From the NCBI GenBank assembly GCA_044220955.1, contig JBGAQA010000155.1:1-10902 (forward strand): a stretch of 10,902 bases of DNA, read 5' to 3'. Made by a program: the position numbers and the translations under genes. The notes beneath the pieces are model-generated. The model did no database searches, was not told the origin of the DNA, and worked only from the letters and a program-made list of their open reading frames with translations. This DNA is from Sandaracinaceae bacterium. GTDB taxonomy: Bacteria; Myxococcota_A; Polyangia; Polyangiales; Sandaracinaceae. Shown here piece after piece: positions 1-7,343 of the stretch. How positions within the stretch are numbered: the first letter of the stretch is position 1; each line of letters begins with the position of its first letter.

Positions 1-162
1 CGCGTCGAGCCCCGAGTCGGAGCCGGCGTCGGAGCCGGCATCGGACGGGCGGACGAACGCGTCCGCGTCGGGCGCCGGAGACGGGAGCGCCACCTGGCGC
101 AGCTCCGACTTCGAGCCACAGCCCGCCGCCACGACCAGGACCCACGGCCACACCCAGCGCAC
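1..162 (-). CDS. Putative lipoprotein, N-terminal part (runs off the left edge of the window)
   Basis: Not in the ORF track; my translation from GTG at 162 gives MRWVWPWVLVVAAGCGSKSELRQVALPSPAPDADAFVRPSDAGSDAGSDSGLDA, open to base 1. It has a short hydrophobic signal with a lipobox-like AAG|C and DAG-type spacer repeats typical of myxobacterial lipoproteins. Confidence 0.75.
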   Translation of the reverse strand, partial: MRWVWPWVLVVAAGCGSKSELRQVALPSPAPDADAFVRPSDAGSDAGSDSGLDA

Positions 163-168
163 GCCGCG

Positions 169-174
169 ATCATA
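169..174 (-). promoter_or_regulatory. Putative sigma70-type -10 element (TATGAT) for the lipoprotein gene
   Basis: Minus strand reads TATGAT-cgcggc-GTG, a near-consensus -10 hexamer 6 nt before the start codon, with no Shine-Dalgarno in between. Confidence 0.55.
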
Positions 175-229
175 CGCGGGTGCCGCGGGACTGGCGCCCC
201 CCGCGCCCGTTGATGCACGCTGCGCGCGC

Positions 230-2137
230 ATGCTCGCGCTGCTCGTGCTCTCGACGCTCGCCCTGGCGGGCGGGACCGCGCTGGCGAGCCGCGTCTACCG
301 CGAGAGCCGGTCCGAGCGCGCCCTGGCCGGGATCGTGCTCGCGCTCTTCGCGATCCACGGCGCCACCCACGTGCTCGGATGGACGGATCGCCTCACGCCG
401 GTGTCGCTCGGCGCCCTCGTCGCGACCCTCTCGTCCCTGATGCTCGCCGCCGGTGTCGTCCGTGATCCGGCCGGCCCTTCGCGCGCGCTCGATGCCTTCG
501 TCGATCTGGTGCGCCTGCCCGTCGACGCCCTGCGTCTCACCTGGCGCGAGCGATCGCCGGCCCTGCTCGGTGTGGTGGCCGTCCCCCTCGCGAGCGCGGC
601 CTCGCTCTCCCTCTCGTACCTCGCGGCCTCCAGCTCGTGGGACGGGCTCTGGTACCACGAGCCGATGGTCGCCTGGGCGCTGCAGCACCACGGCTTCGCC
701 CTCGTCGAGGTGCCCATCCAGCTCGAGTGGGTCAACGGCTACCCACGCTTCGCCGAGAACCTGATGCTCTGGGCGTGCGCGTTCTGGGACCGCCGCTTCA
801 TCGACGGCGTGCCCAGCGTGATGAGCCTGGTCGCGTGGCTGGGGATCTACGTGCTCGCCCGCCGGGTCACGCCGTCCCGCTCGATCGCGCTCGGTGTCGC
901 GTCCGTGATCGTCACGATCCCCGCGGCGATCCTCCAGATGCGCAGCACGTACATCGACCTCGTCGTGCTCGCGGCGTTCCTGCCGGCGCTGCACTTCGCG
1001 ACGCGTCCGACGTTCCGCCGCACCGACGCCTGGCTCGCGGGCCTCTCGCTCGCGATGTACGCCAGCACGAAGGCCAACGCGCCCCTCTTCGCTTCGGTCC
1101 TCACGCTCGCCGCGCTCGCCTCCACCGTGCGCGCGTGCCGGGGCGAGCGCTCGATGCGGGTGATGCTCCACGCGCTCGGCGCCCTCGCGCTGATGCTCGC
1201 GATCGTCGCGCCGACGCCCTGGCGGAACTGGACCGTCCACCACAACCCCGTCTGGCCGCTCCGCGTGCACGTGGAGGCCGCCGGCATCGACTTCGTGGGC
1301 CCGCAGGACTTCGGCAACATGCAGGCGAGCTTCTCGGAGAACCTCACCGAGATGTACGGCGTGCCGACGCCCGGGCAGGACTACTACGACACCCGCCATC
1401 ACGCGTACGGCTACGGCCTGACCTTCCTCGGCGTCCCGCTCTTCGTCGTGGCGTTCCTGCTGACCCTCGTGCGCTGGATCGGAGGGATCGTCGCCGGCGA
1501 TGCGACGCGCCGGCGCGAGGCGGGGCAGTTGCTCGCGTTCTTCTTCCTCACCGTGCCCATCCAGCTCGCCTCGCCCTCGCACCACTGGGGCCGCTACAGC
1601 CTGCCCTTCCCGGCCCTCTGCCTCGTCATCGTGGCCGGGGCCCTCGCCCGCGGCCGCTCGATTCGCCTGCTCGACGCCGCGCTCGGGGCGATGCTGGTCA
1701 CGAACCTCATCGTCTTCAGCTGGGCGGACCCAGGCTGGGACGTGTCGACGACGGAGCTGCGCGAGCTGCTCGAGGTGGCGCCCTCGGAGCGAGCGCACGT
1801 CCGCGTGGGCAACCAGATCTACGAGCCCGACTTCATGCGCCTTCGCGACGAGACGCTCGGCCCGGGCGACCTCGTCGTGTTCTCGGACGACATGGCGTTC
1901 GTCTCGAACCTCTGGAACGAGCGAATGGACAGCGCGGTGCAGTACGTCCCGTACCAGGGCGCGGCGGACTTCCGAGCGCGCGTCGCGGCCCTCGGTCCGG
2001 TCTGGGTGGCCGTACGCCCAGGCCGCGGCGCGGAGATGGCGATGCGCGATCCGAGCAGCGGCTACCACGAGCTGATGCTCGGGCACGCGGAGGAAGCGAT
2101 CGTGTTCGCGCGCGGCGCCCCCGCGACGCCCGAGTGA
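230..2137 (+). CDS. Polytopic membrane protein, probable GT-C fold glycosyltransferase (ArnT/PMT-like)
   Basis: 635 aa with more than 10 hydrophobic segments. The first large loop carries SWDGLWYHEP followed by NGYP, and there are later YIDL and 'GLSLAMYASTKAN' segments, all resembling GT-C enzymes. The C-terminal domain is soluble, and codons are strongly G/C-ending. Confidence 0.7.
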   Translation: MLALLVLSTLALAGGTALASRVYRESRSERALAGIVLALFAIHGATHVLGWTDRLTPVSLGALVATLSSLMLAAGVVRDPAGPSRALDAFVDLVRLPVDALRLTWRERSPALLGVVAVPLASAASLSLSYLAASSSWDGLWYHEPMVAWALQHHGFALVEVPIQLEWVNGYPRFAENLMLWACAFWDRRFIDGVPSVMSLVAWLGIYVLARRVTPSRSIALGVASVIVTIPAAILQMRSTYIDLVVLAAFLPALHFATRPTFRRTDAWLAGLSLAMYASTKANAPLFASVLTLAALASTVRACRGERSMRVMLHALGALALMLAIVAPTPWRNWTVHHNPVWPLRVHVEAAGIDFVGPQDFGNMQASFSENLTEMYGVPTPGQDYYDTRHHAYGYGLTFLGVPLFVVAFLLTLVRWIGGIVAGDATRRREAGQLLAFFFLTVPIQLASPSHHWGRYSLPFPALCLVIVAGALARGRSIRLLDAALGAMLVTNLIVFSWADPGWDVSTTELRELLEVAPSERAHVRVGNQIYEPDFMRLRDETLGPGDLVVFSDDMAFVSNLWNERMDSAVQYVPYQGAADFRARVAALGPVWVAVRPGRGAEMAMRDPSSGYHELMLGHAEEAIVFARGAPATPE

Positions 2138-2167
2138 GCGGGCGGGGCCGTGGGGCGTGCGGCGTGT

Positions 2168-2863
2168 CTACGGAGCTTGCAGCGCGATCGCGATCCCCAC
2201 CCAGACCACGAACATCACCCCGGCGCCGAGCGCGAAGCCGCCGGCGCCGAGGAACGCCTTGCGGCGCGCGCCGTCGAGGTCGTCCTGGAGCGCCGTGCTG
2301 AGCTCCTCGCGCGGCGCGATGCGGCCGCACTGGGTGCACTTCGGCCGCGTCGTGAGAGCGCGGTAGAGCGCCAGGACGGCGGCGCCGGCGAGCAGGAACG
2401 TGAGCACGCCGAAGCAGCCGAAGAGCCGAACGGCGACGAAGCTGCCGACCGCTCCGATGCCGCCCCCGACCCGCGCGGCGAGCCCGCCCCCCTCCGCGGG
2501 CAGGTCGATCGAGAGCAGCCCCGAGCAGACCGTGCACCGGCCGCCGTGCTCCGCGGAGAGCGGGATGCTGTTCGTGGTCACCGGGACCCCGCCCGCGGAC
2601 GACGTGGCGGCCCGCGGGACCTCGCGCGCGAAGGCGACCAGGGCGTCGCCGACGCGCTTCAGGTTCGCGAGCTGGTGCGCGCTCGCGCCCTCGCTCTCGG
2701 CGCGGCGCATCGCGTCGTCGACGTGCTTGGGCAGGACCTTCCAGCCTCCGGCGACGCTCGTCACGCGCTCCGCGATGCGCAGGAACGCCTCGACCGTGGC
2801 GTCGTCCTCGCCCTGCGCGCGCAGGTGCTCGGCGAAGCGCTGCCGTTCGGCCTCCCCGTCCAC
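2168..2863 (-). CDS. Hypothetical membrane protein: helical N-terminal domain, split CxxC...CxxC zinc site around a hydrophobic hairpin, C-terminal TM helix
   Basis: The ORF track gives 2168..2926, but that start nearly abuts the divergent ALDH start at 2929. The in-frame GTG at 2863 (MDGEAERQRF...) is preceded by TATCCT and leaves room for promoters. CTVC lies at 2525-2536, CTQC at 2327-2338, and the C-terminus is hydrophobic (AFLGAGGFALGAGVMFVVWVGIAIAL). Confidence 0.7.
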   Translation of the reverse strand: MDGEAERQRFAEHLRAQGEDDATVEAFLRIAERVTSVAGGWKVLPKHVDDAMRRAESEGASAHQLANLKRVGDALVAFAREVPRAATSSAGGVPVTTNSIPLSAEHGGRCTVCSGLLSIDLPAEGGGLAARVGGGIGAVGSFVAVRLFGCFGVLTFLLAGAAVLALYRALTTRPKCTQCGRIAPREELSTALQDDLDGARRKAFLGAGGFALGAGVMFVVWVGIAIALQAP

Positions 2864-2871
2864 GAAGGCCG

Positions 2872-2877
2872 AGGATA
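2872..2877 (-). promoter_or_regulatory. Putative -10 element (TATCCT) for the Zn-knuckle membrane protein gene
   Basis: Minus strand reads TATCCT-cggccttc-GTG, a TANNNT hexamer 8 nt before the proposed start at 2863. Confidence 0.45.
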
Positions 2878-2899
2878 CCCGCTCGGCCGAGCGATGCGG

Positions 2900-2918
2900 T
2901 AGCCTGCGCACCACGAGG
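2900..2918 (+). promoter_or_regulatory. Putative -10 element (TAGCCT, 2900-2905) and Shine-Dalgarno (GAGG, 2915-2918) of the ALDH gene
   Basis: TANNNT hexamer in a short divergent intergenic gap, followed by GAGG 10 nt before ATG 2929. Confidence 0.4.
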
Positions 2919-2928
2919 CGGACCAAGC

Positions 2929-5382
2929 ATGGACGGGTCGAGCAAGAGCGGTCTCAAGACCGAGATCATCCAGAGGGTGTTCGAGACGATGGAGTACGGA
3001 CCTGCACCGGAGAGCGATGCGCCGGCGATCGCGTGGCTCGAGAAGCACCACCGCAAGATCGGCAACTTCGTCGACGGCAGGTTCGTCGCCCCCGAAGGCG
3101 GCAAGTACTTCGCCACGATCAACCCGGGGCGGAACGTCGAGCTCGCTCAGGTCGCGCAGGGCTCGCCCAAGGACGTCGACGACGCGGTGAAGGCGGCCAC
3201 GAAGGCCCTGCCGGGCTGGCAGAAGCTCGGCGCGCACGGTCGCGCCCGGTACCTCTACGCGCTCGCGCGTCACATCCAGAAGCACTCGCGCCTCTTCGCC
3301 GTGCTCGAGTCCCTCGACAACGGAAAGCCCATCCGCGAGTCGCGCGATCTCGACATCCCGCTCGTCGCCCGGCACTTCTATCACCACGCCGGGTGGGCCC
3401 AGCTGATGGAGAAGGAGCTGCCCGGCTACGCGCCGGTCGGCGTCGTCGGCCAGATCATCCCCTGGAACTTCCCGCTCTTGATGCTGAGCTGGAAGATCGC
3501 GCCGGCGCTCGCGATGGGCAACACGCTCGTGCTCAAACCGGCCGAGTTCACGCCGCTCACCGCGCTCCTCTTCGGCGAGATCTGCGCCGAGGTCGGCCTG
3601 CCGAAGGGGGTCGTCAACATCGTCAACGGCGACGGCCGCACCGGCGCCGCGCTCGTCGCGCACCCCGGTGTCGGCAAGATCGCGTTCACCGGCTCGACCG
3701 AGGTCGGGCGCATCATCCGCGAGCAGACCGCTGGCAGCGGCAAGAAGCTCTCGCTCGAGCTGGGCGGCAAGTCGCCCTTCATCGTGTACGAGGACGCGGA
3801 CCTCGACAGCGTCGTCGAGGGCGTCGTCGACGCCATCTGGTTCAACCAGGGCCAGGTCTGCTGCGCGGGCTCGCGCATCCTCGCGCAGGAGAGCATCGCC
3901 GAGAAGCTGCTCGCCAAGCTCCGCCACCGGATGGAGTCGCTGCGCACGGGCGACCCGCTCGACAAGTCGATCGACATCGGCGCGATCGTCGCCCCGGTAC
4001 AGCTCGAGCGCATCGAGCAGCTCGTGGCGCAGGGCGAGAAGGAGGGCGCCCAGAAGTGGCAGCCGAGCTGGAGCTGCCCCAAGGACGGCTTCTTTCACCC
4101 GCCGACGATCCTGTCGAACGTGTCGCCCGCGAGCACGGTCGCGCAGATCGAGATCTTCGGTCCGGTCGTCGTGTTCATGACGTTCCGGACGCCCGAGGAG
4201 AGCGTCGCGCTCGGCAACAACACCGCCTACGGCCTGGCCGCGAGCGTGTGGACCGAGAACATCAACCTCGCCCTCGACATCGCGCCGAAGATCAAGGCGG
4301 GGACCGTCTGGATCAACTGCACGAACCACTTCGACGCGGCGGCCGGGTTCGGCGGGTACCGTGAGAGCGGCTACGGTCGCGAGGGCGGCCGCGAGGGGCT
4401 CTACGAGTACGCGATGCCCGCGTGGATGAAGGCCGCCCACGGCGCCGCGAAGAAGGGAAAGAAGGCCGCCCCGAAGAAGGTCGATCCGGTGCCGGTCCCG
4501 AGCGCGGGCCTGCCCCACATCGATCGCACGGCGAAGCTCTACGTCGGCGGCAAGCAAGCCCGCCCGGACTCGGGCTACTCGCTCCCGGTGAGCGATCCCA
4601 AGGGCCGCGTGCTCGATCACGTCGCTCACGGAAACCGCAAGGACGTGCGCAACGCCGTCGAGGCCGCCTCTGCCGCCGCCAAATGGGGCGGCACGACGGG
4701 GCACGCGCGCGCCCAGGTCCTCTACTTCCTGGCCGAGAACCTCGAGGCCCGCGCCGCCGAGCTCGCCGCGCGGATCGGCGCGATGACCGGGGACAAGAAG
4801 GGGGCGGAGCGAGAGGTGCGCCTCTCGGTCGAGCGTCTCTTCACCTACGCTGCCTGGGCCGACAAGTACGACGGCCTCGTGCACGCGACGAACTTCCGGA
4901 ACGTCACCGTCGCGATGAACGAGCCGATCGGCGTGATCGGCATCGTCTGCGGCGACACGCTGCCCTTGCTCCAGCTGATCTCGCTCGTCGCGCCGGCCGT
5001 CGCGATGGGCAACACGGTCGTGGTGGTGCCGAGCCAGGCGCACCCGCTCGCCGCGACGGACCTCTACCAGGTGCTCGACACCAGCGACGTGCCGGGCGGC
5101 GTGGTGAACATCGTCACGGGGCTCACGAGCGAGCTCGCGCCGATCCTCGCCGCCCACGACGGCGTGGACGCGATCTGGTACTTCGGCGATCCGGGCGGAG
5201 AGGCCGCCGTGGAGCGGGCGTCCGGCGGCAACATGAAGCGCACGTTCACCGGACACGGCGTCGCGCGCGACTGGCTCGACCCCGAGCAGGGCGAGGGTCG
5301 CGAGCTCTTGCGCGAGGCGACGCAGGTGAAGAACATCTGGGTGCCCTACGGCGAGATGATCGCCAAGGACAGCTCGTACTGA
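2929..5382 (+). CDS. Aldehyde dehydrogenase, extended two-module ALDH16-type
   Basis: 817 aa. The N-terminal ALDH has IIPWNFP, LKPAE, FTGSTEVG, LELGGKSP (general-base Glu codon 3757-3759), FNQGQVCCAG (nucleophile Cys codon 3859-3861), EIFGPV and FGGYRESGYGRE. After a Lys/Ala/Pro linker comes a second NAD-binding-like module lacking the catalytic motifs. The N-terminal YGPAPES is typical of this subgroup. Confidence 0.95.
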   Translation: MDGSSKSGLKTEIIQRVFETMEYGPAPESDAPAIAWLEKHHRKIGNFVDGRFVAPEGGKYFATINPGRNVELAQVAQGSPKDVDDAVKAATKALPGWQKLGAHGRARYLYALARHIQKHSRLFAVLESLDNGKPIRESRDLDIPLVARHFYHHAGWAQLMEKELPGYAPVGVVGQIIPWNFPLLMLSWKIAPALAMGNTLVLKPAEFTPLTALLFGEICAEVGLPKGVVNIVNGDGRTGAALVAHPGVGKIAFTGSTEVGRIIREQTAGSGKKLSLELGGKSPFIVYEDADLDSVVEGVVDAIWFNQGQVCCAGSRILAQESIAEKLLAKLRHRMESLRTGDPLDKSIDIGAIVAPVQLERIEQLVAQGEKEGAQKWQPSWSCPKDGFFHPPTILSNVSPASTVAQIEIFGPVVVFMTFRTPEESVALGNNTAYGLAASVWTENINLALDIAPKIKAGTVWINCTNHFDAAAGFGGYRESGYGREGGREGLYEYAMPAWMKAAHGAAKKGKKAAPKKVDPVPVPSAGLPHIDRTAKLYVGGKQARPDSGYSLPVSDPKGRVLDHVAHGNRKDVRNAVEAASAAAKWGGTTGHARAQVLYFLAENLEARAAELAARIGAMTGDKKGAEREVRLSVERLFTYAAWADKYDGLVHATNFRNVTVAMNEPIGVIGIVCGDTLPLLQLISLVAPAVAMGNTVVVVPSQAHPLAATDLYQVLDTSDVPGGVVNIVTGLTSELAPILAAHDGVDAIWYFGDPGGEAAVERASGGNMKRTFTGHGVARDWLDPEQGEGRELLREATQVKNIWVPYGEMIAKDSSY

Positions 5383-5385
5383 GGG

Positions 5386-7278
5386 TCAGCCCGCGACCGA
5401 CGGCGGCTCGCTCTCGACCTCGCTCTCGACCTCGCTCTCGACCTCGCTCTCGACCTCGCTCTCGGCGCTCTCGACCTCGCTCTCGGCGCTCTCGACCTCG
5501 CTCTCGGCGCTCTCGACCTCACGCAGCTCCTCCGGGACGCGATCGGGCGTCGCATACACGACGATCTCCTGCCCGAGGTGCAGGACCGCGTCACGGGGCA
5601 CGAGGTTGATGCGGCAGAGGGAGCCGACGGTGATGCCGAAGCGGGCGCCGATCCCCGAGAGGGTGTCCCCTTCGGCGACGCGATAGCGCAAGCGCACGCG
5701 GCCCTCCTGCTGCACCTGGTACTCGAAGAACTCCTCGCTGCCGACCACGAGCACGCGCACCTCGTCGGGCGTCAGCACCACCGCCTGGGCGAGATCCACG
5801 CTCGTGGGCACGAAGATCTGCAGGTACATCCCGTCCTGCAGCGTCGCGCTCGGGTCGATGGCGTTCCAGGTGCGCAGCTCGTCGCTCGTCACGCCGAAGA
5901 AGCGCGCGATGTCGCTCAGCCGATCGCTGCGCGAGGGACGGTAGAACACGCGGCGTCGGTCCTCGTACGTGAACGTCGCGTCCGGGACCGCAACCACCGT
6001 GTCGGGCGGCGTCGGCTCGTCGTGGGGTGGCACTGCCGGCACCACGAGCGCGAAGCCCGAGTGCACCTCGTCCGTCTCGCCCAGCTCGTTGAGCTCGCGC
6101 AGCGCGCGCTCGGTCGTGCTGAAGCGGCGAGCGACCTGGGCGAACGTCTCGCCGAAGCGCACGACGTACGGACGGTGCGCCGGGTGGCGTGGCCGGATGC
6201 GCTCCCAGCGCGCCGCGAACGCGTCCACGGCGCTCGCCGGAACGCGCACCGGCACGGCCTCGTGCCCGGGTGGCACGCGATCGCGCCGGAACGCCGGGTT
6301 GAGCATCCGGATCTGCTCCATGGTCGTGCTCGCCGCGCGCGCCACCAGCGAGAGCGGCGTACCCCCGGGGACCTCGACCGTCTCCCAGGCGAGCGGCGAC
6401 TCGTGCTCGAGGTCGCCGAGCCCGAAGCGCTCGAGGTTGCGCCCGACGATCGCGCAAGCGGTGACCTTCGCGACGTAGAGGGACGTCTCGAAGGGCAGCG
6501 CCGCCTCGAGGTGCGAGAGGGCCCAGAAGTCGTTCGTGTCGTACTTCCGGATGGCCCGGAGCAGCGCGCCGTAGCCCATGTTGTACGCCGCGAACGCCAG
6601 CTCCCACGTCCCGAAGCGCTGGTGCAGCGCCTCCAGGTAGCGCGCGCCCGCGACCGTCGACTGCTCGGGGTCCATGCGCTCGTCCACCCAGTGGTCCTGC
6701 GAGAGGCCGTACTCCTCGCCGGTGCGCGCGACGAACTGCCAGAGCCCGACCGCGCCGGCATCGCTGCGCGCGCGTGGGTCGAAGCCGCTCTCGATCATCG
6801 CGAGGTAGAGCAGATCCTCGGGCATGCCCTGGCTGCGTAGGGCCTGCCTGATCATGGGGCCGTAGCGCTCCACCCGCGCCATCCAGCCGCGGATGAGCGA
6901 GCGCCCGCGGGGATCGTCGCGGAAGAACTCGAGGTAGCGCACGACACGGTCGTCCCAGCGGACGGGGATGTCGGGGAGGGTCAGGCCGCGCAGCCACGTG
7001 AGGTCGCGGCCCGTGGCGCTGGCCCCCGTCGTCTCGGCGAGCTCGGGGCCCTCGCTGGTCAGCGCCGCGGGCACCACGCCCGGGATCGACACGGCCGCGC
7101 CGAGGTCGACCAGGGGCTGCGCGTCGGCGAAGATCTCGAGCTCCGCCAGGCGCAGCGCGCGCAGCTCCTCGCTCTCCTCGCCCACGACGAGCACCTCGTC
7201 TTGCGCGTGCGCGGCGGGCGGCGCCCACCCGATCCCGCCGAGGGCGAGCGCACAGCCGAGCAGGATTCGCCGTCGCAC
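5386..7278 (-). CDS. Lytic murein transglycosylase, MltD-like (SLT domain plus LysM repeats)
   Basis: Sec signal MRRRILLGCALALGGIGWAPPAAHA|Q; SLT motifs LAMIESGF (catalytic Glu), AGAVGLWQF and AAYNMG. Three clear LysM-like repeats (YVVRFGETF..., FYRPSRSDRL..., YRVAEGDTL...) plus one degenerate repeat (VEVPGGTPL...LNP). Confidence 0.92.
   Translation of the reverse strand: MRRRILLGCALALGGIGWAPPAAHAQDEVLVVGEESEELRALRLAELEIFADAQPLVDLGAAVSIPGVVPAALTSEGPELAETTGASATGRDLTWLRGLTLPDIPVRWDDRVVRYLEFFRDDPRGRSLIRGWMARVERYGPMIRQALRSQGMPEDLLYLAMIESGFDPRARSDAGAVGLWQFVARTGEEYGLSQDHWVDERMDPEQSTVAGARYLEALHQRFGTWELAFAAYNMGYGALLRAIRKYDTNDFWALSHLEAALPFETSLYVAKVTACAIVGRNLERFGLGDLEHESPLAWETVEVPGGTPLSLVARAASTTMEQIRMLNPAFRRDRVPPGHEAVPVRVPASAVDAFAARWERIRPRHPAHRPYVVRFGETFAQVARRFSTTERALRELNELGETDEVHSGFALVVPAVPPHDEPTPPDTVVAVPDATFTYEDRRRVFYRPSRSDRLSDIARFFGVTSDELRTWNAIDPSATLQDGMYLQIFVPTSVDLAQAVVLTPDEVRVLVVGSEEFFEYQVQQEGRVRLRYRVAEGDTLSGIGARFGITVGSLCRINLVPRDAVLHLGQEIVVYATPDRVPEELREVESAESEVESAESEVESAESEVESEVESEVESEVESEPPSVAG
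5407..5520. repeat. Compound perfect coding tandem repeat: 4 x 12 bp (CTCGCTCTCGAC) then 3 x 21 bp (CTCGCTCTCGGCGCTCTCGAC)
   Basis: Read directly: 12-mers start at 5407, 5419, 5431 and 5443; 21-mers start at 5455, 5476 and 5497; a trailing CTC follows. It encodes (EVESAES)3(EVES)4E at the transglycosylase C-terminus. Confidence 0.95.
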
Positions 7279-7284
7279 GGGCTC

Positions 7285-7290
7285 ACGGTA
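7285..7290 (-). promoter_or_regulatory. Putative -10 element (TACCGT) for the transglycosylase gene
   Basis: Minus strand reads TACCGT-gagccc-GTG, a TANNNT hexamer 6 nt before the start at 7278, with no SD. Confidence 0.5.
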
Positions 7291-7322
7291 CGCGCGCTCG
7301 GGCCCCGGAGCCAGAAATCGCG

Positions 7323-7331
7323 TGCTAACTT
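7323..7331 (+). promoter_or_regulatory. Putative extended -10 promoter (TGcTAACTT) for the SMI1/KNR4 gene
   Basis: Matches TGnTAnnnT, 12 nt upstream of ATG 7344, in a 65-bp divergent intergenic region. Confidence 0.5.
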
Positions 7332-7343
7332 CCGGCGGCCGAC

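Noticed and set aside
17..43. Short direct repeat TCGGAGCCGGC at the left edge
   Set aside because: It is explained by the DAGS-DAGS coding repeat of the lipoprotein linker and is not an independent element.
170..2301. Long alternative ORFs 170..2086 (-) and 637..2301 (+), and smaller overlapping ORFs
   Set aside because: They are Arg/Ala/Gly-rich shadow frames of the 230..2137 gene, expected where high GC makes stop codons scarce, and they have no recognisable motifs.
2168..2863. Possible integrase, prophage or island boundary
   Set aside because: There is no tyrosine recombinase catalytic domain (R..H-x-x-R..Y), no tRNA or att-like repeats, and no visible composition shift.
2150..2902. 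250-aa + strand ORF opposite the Zn-knuckle gene
   Set aside because: It has the composition of an antisense shadow; the minus-strand frame has a coherent domain structure, TM helices and a promoter-like signal.
4500..5382. Second ALDH module as a decayed duplicate or fused pseudogene
   Set aside because: The frame is uninterrupted with normal codon bias, and it matches the known ALDH16 architecture.
5407..5520. Repeat array considered as a CRISPR array or mobile repeat
   Set aside because: The units are directly adjacent with no unique spacers, lie in frame within a CDS, and have no cas genes nearby.
2400..5609. ORFs 2761..5256 (-), 2400..4364 (+) and 4422..5609 (+)
   Set aside because: These are antisense or frame-shifted shadows of the unambiguous ALDH gene.
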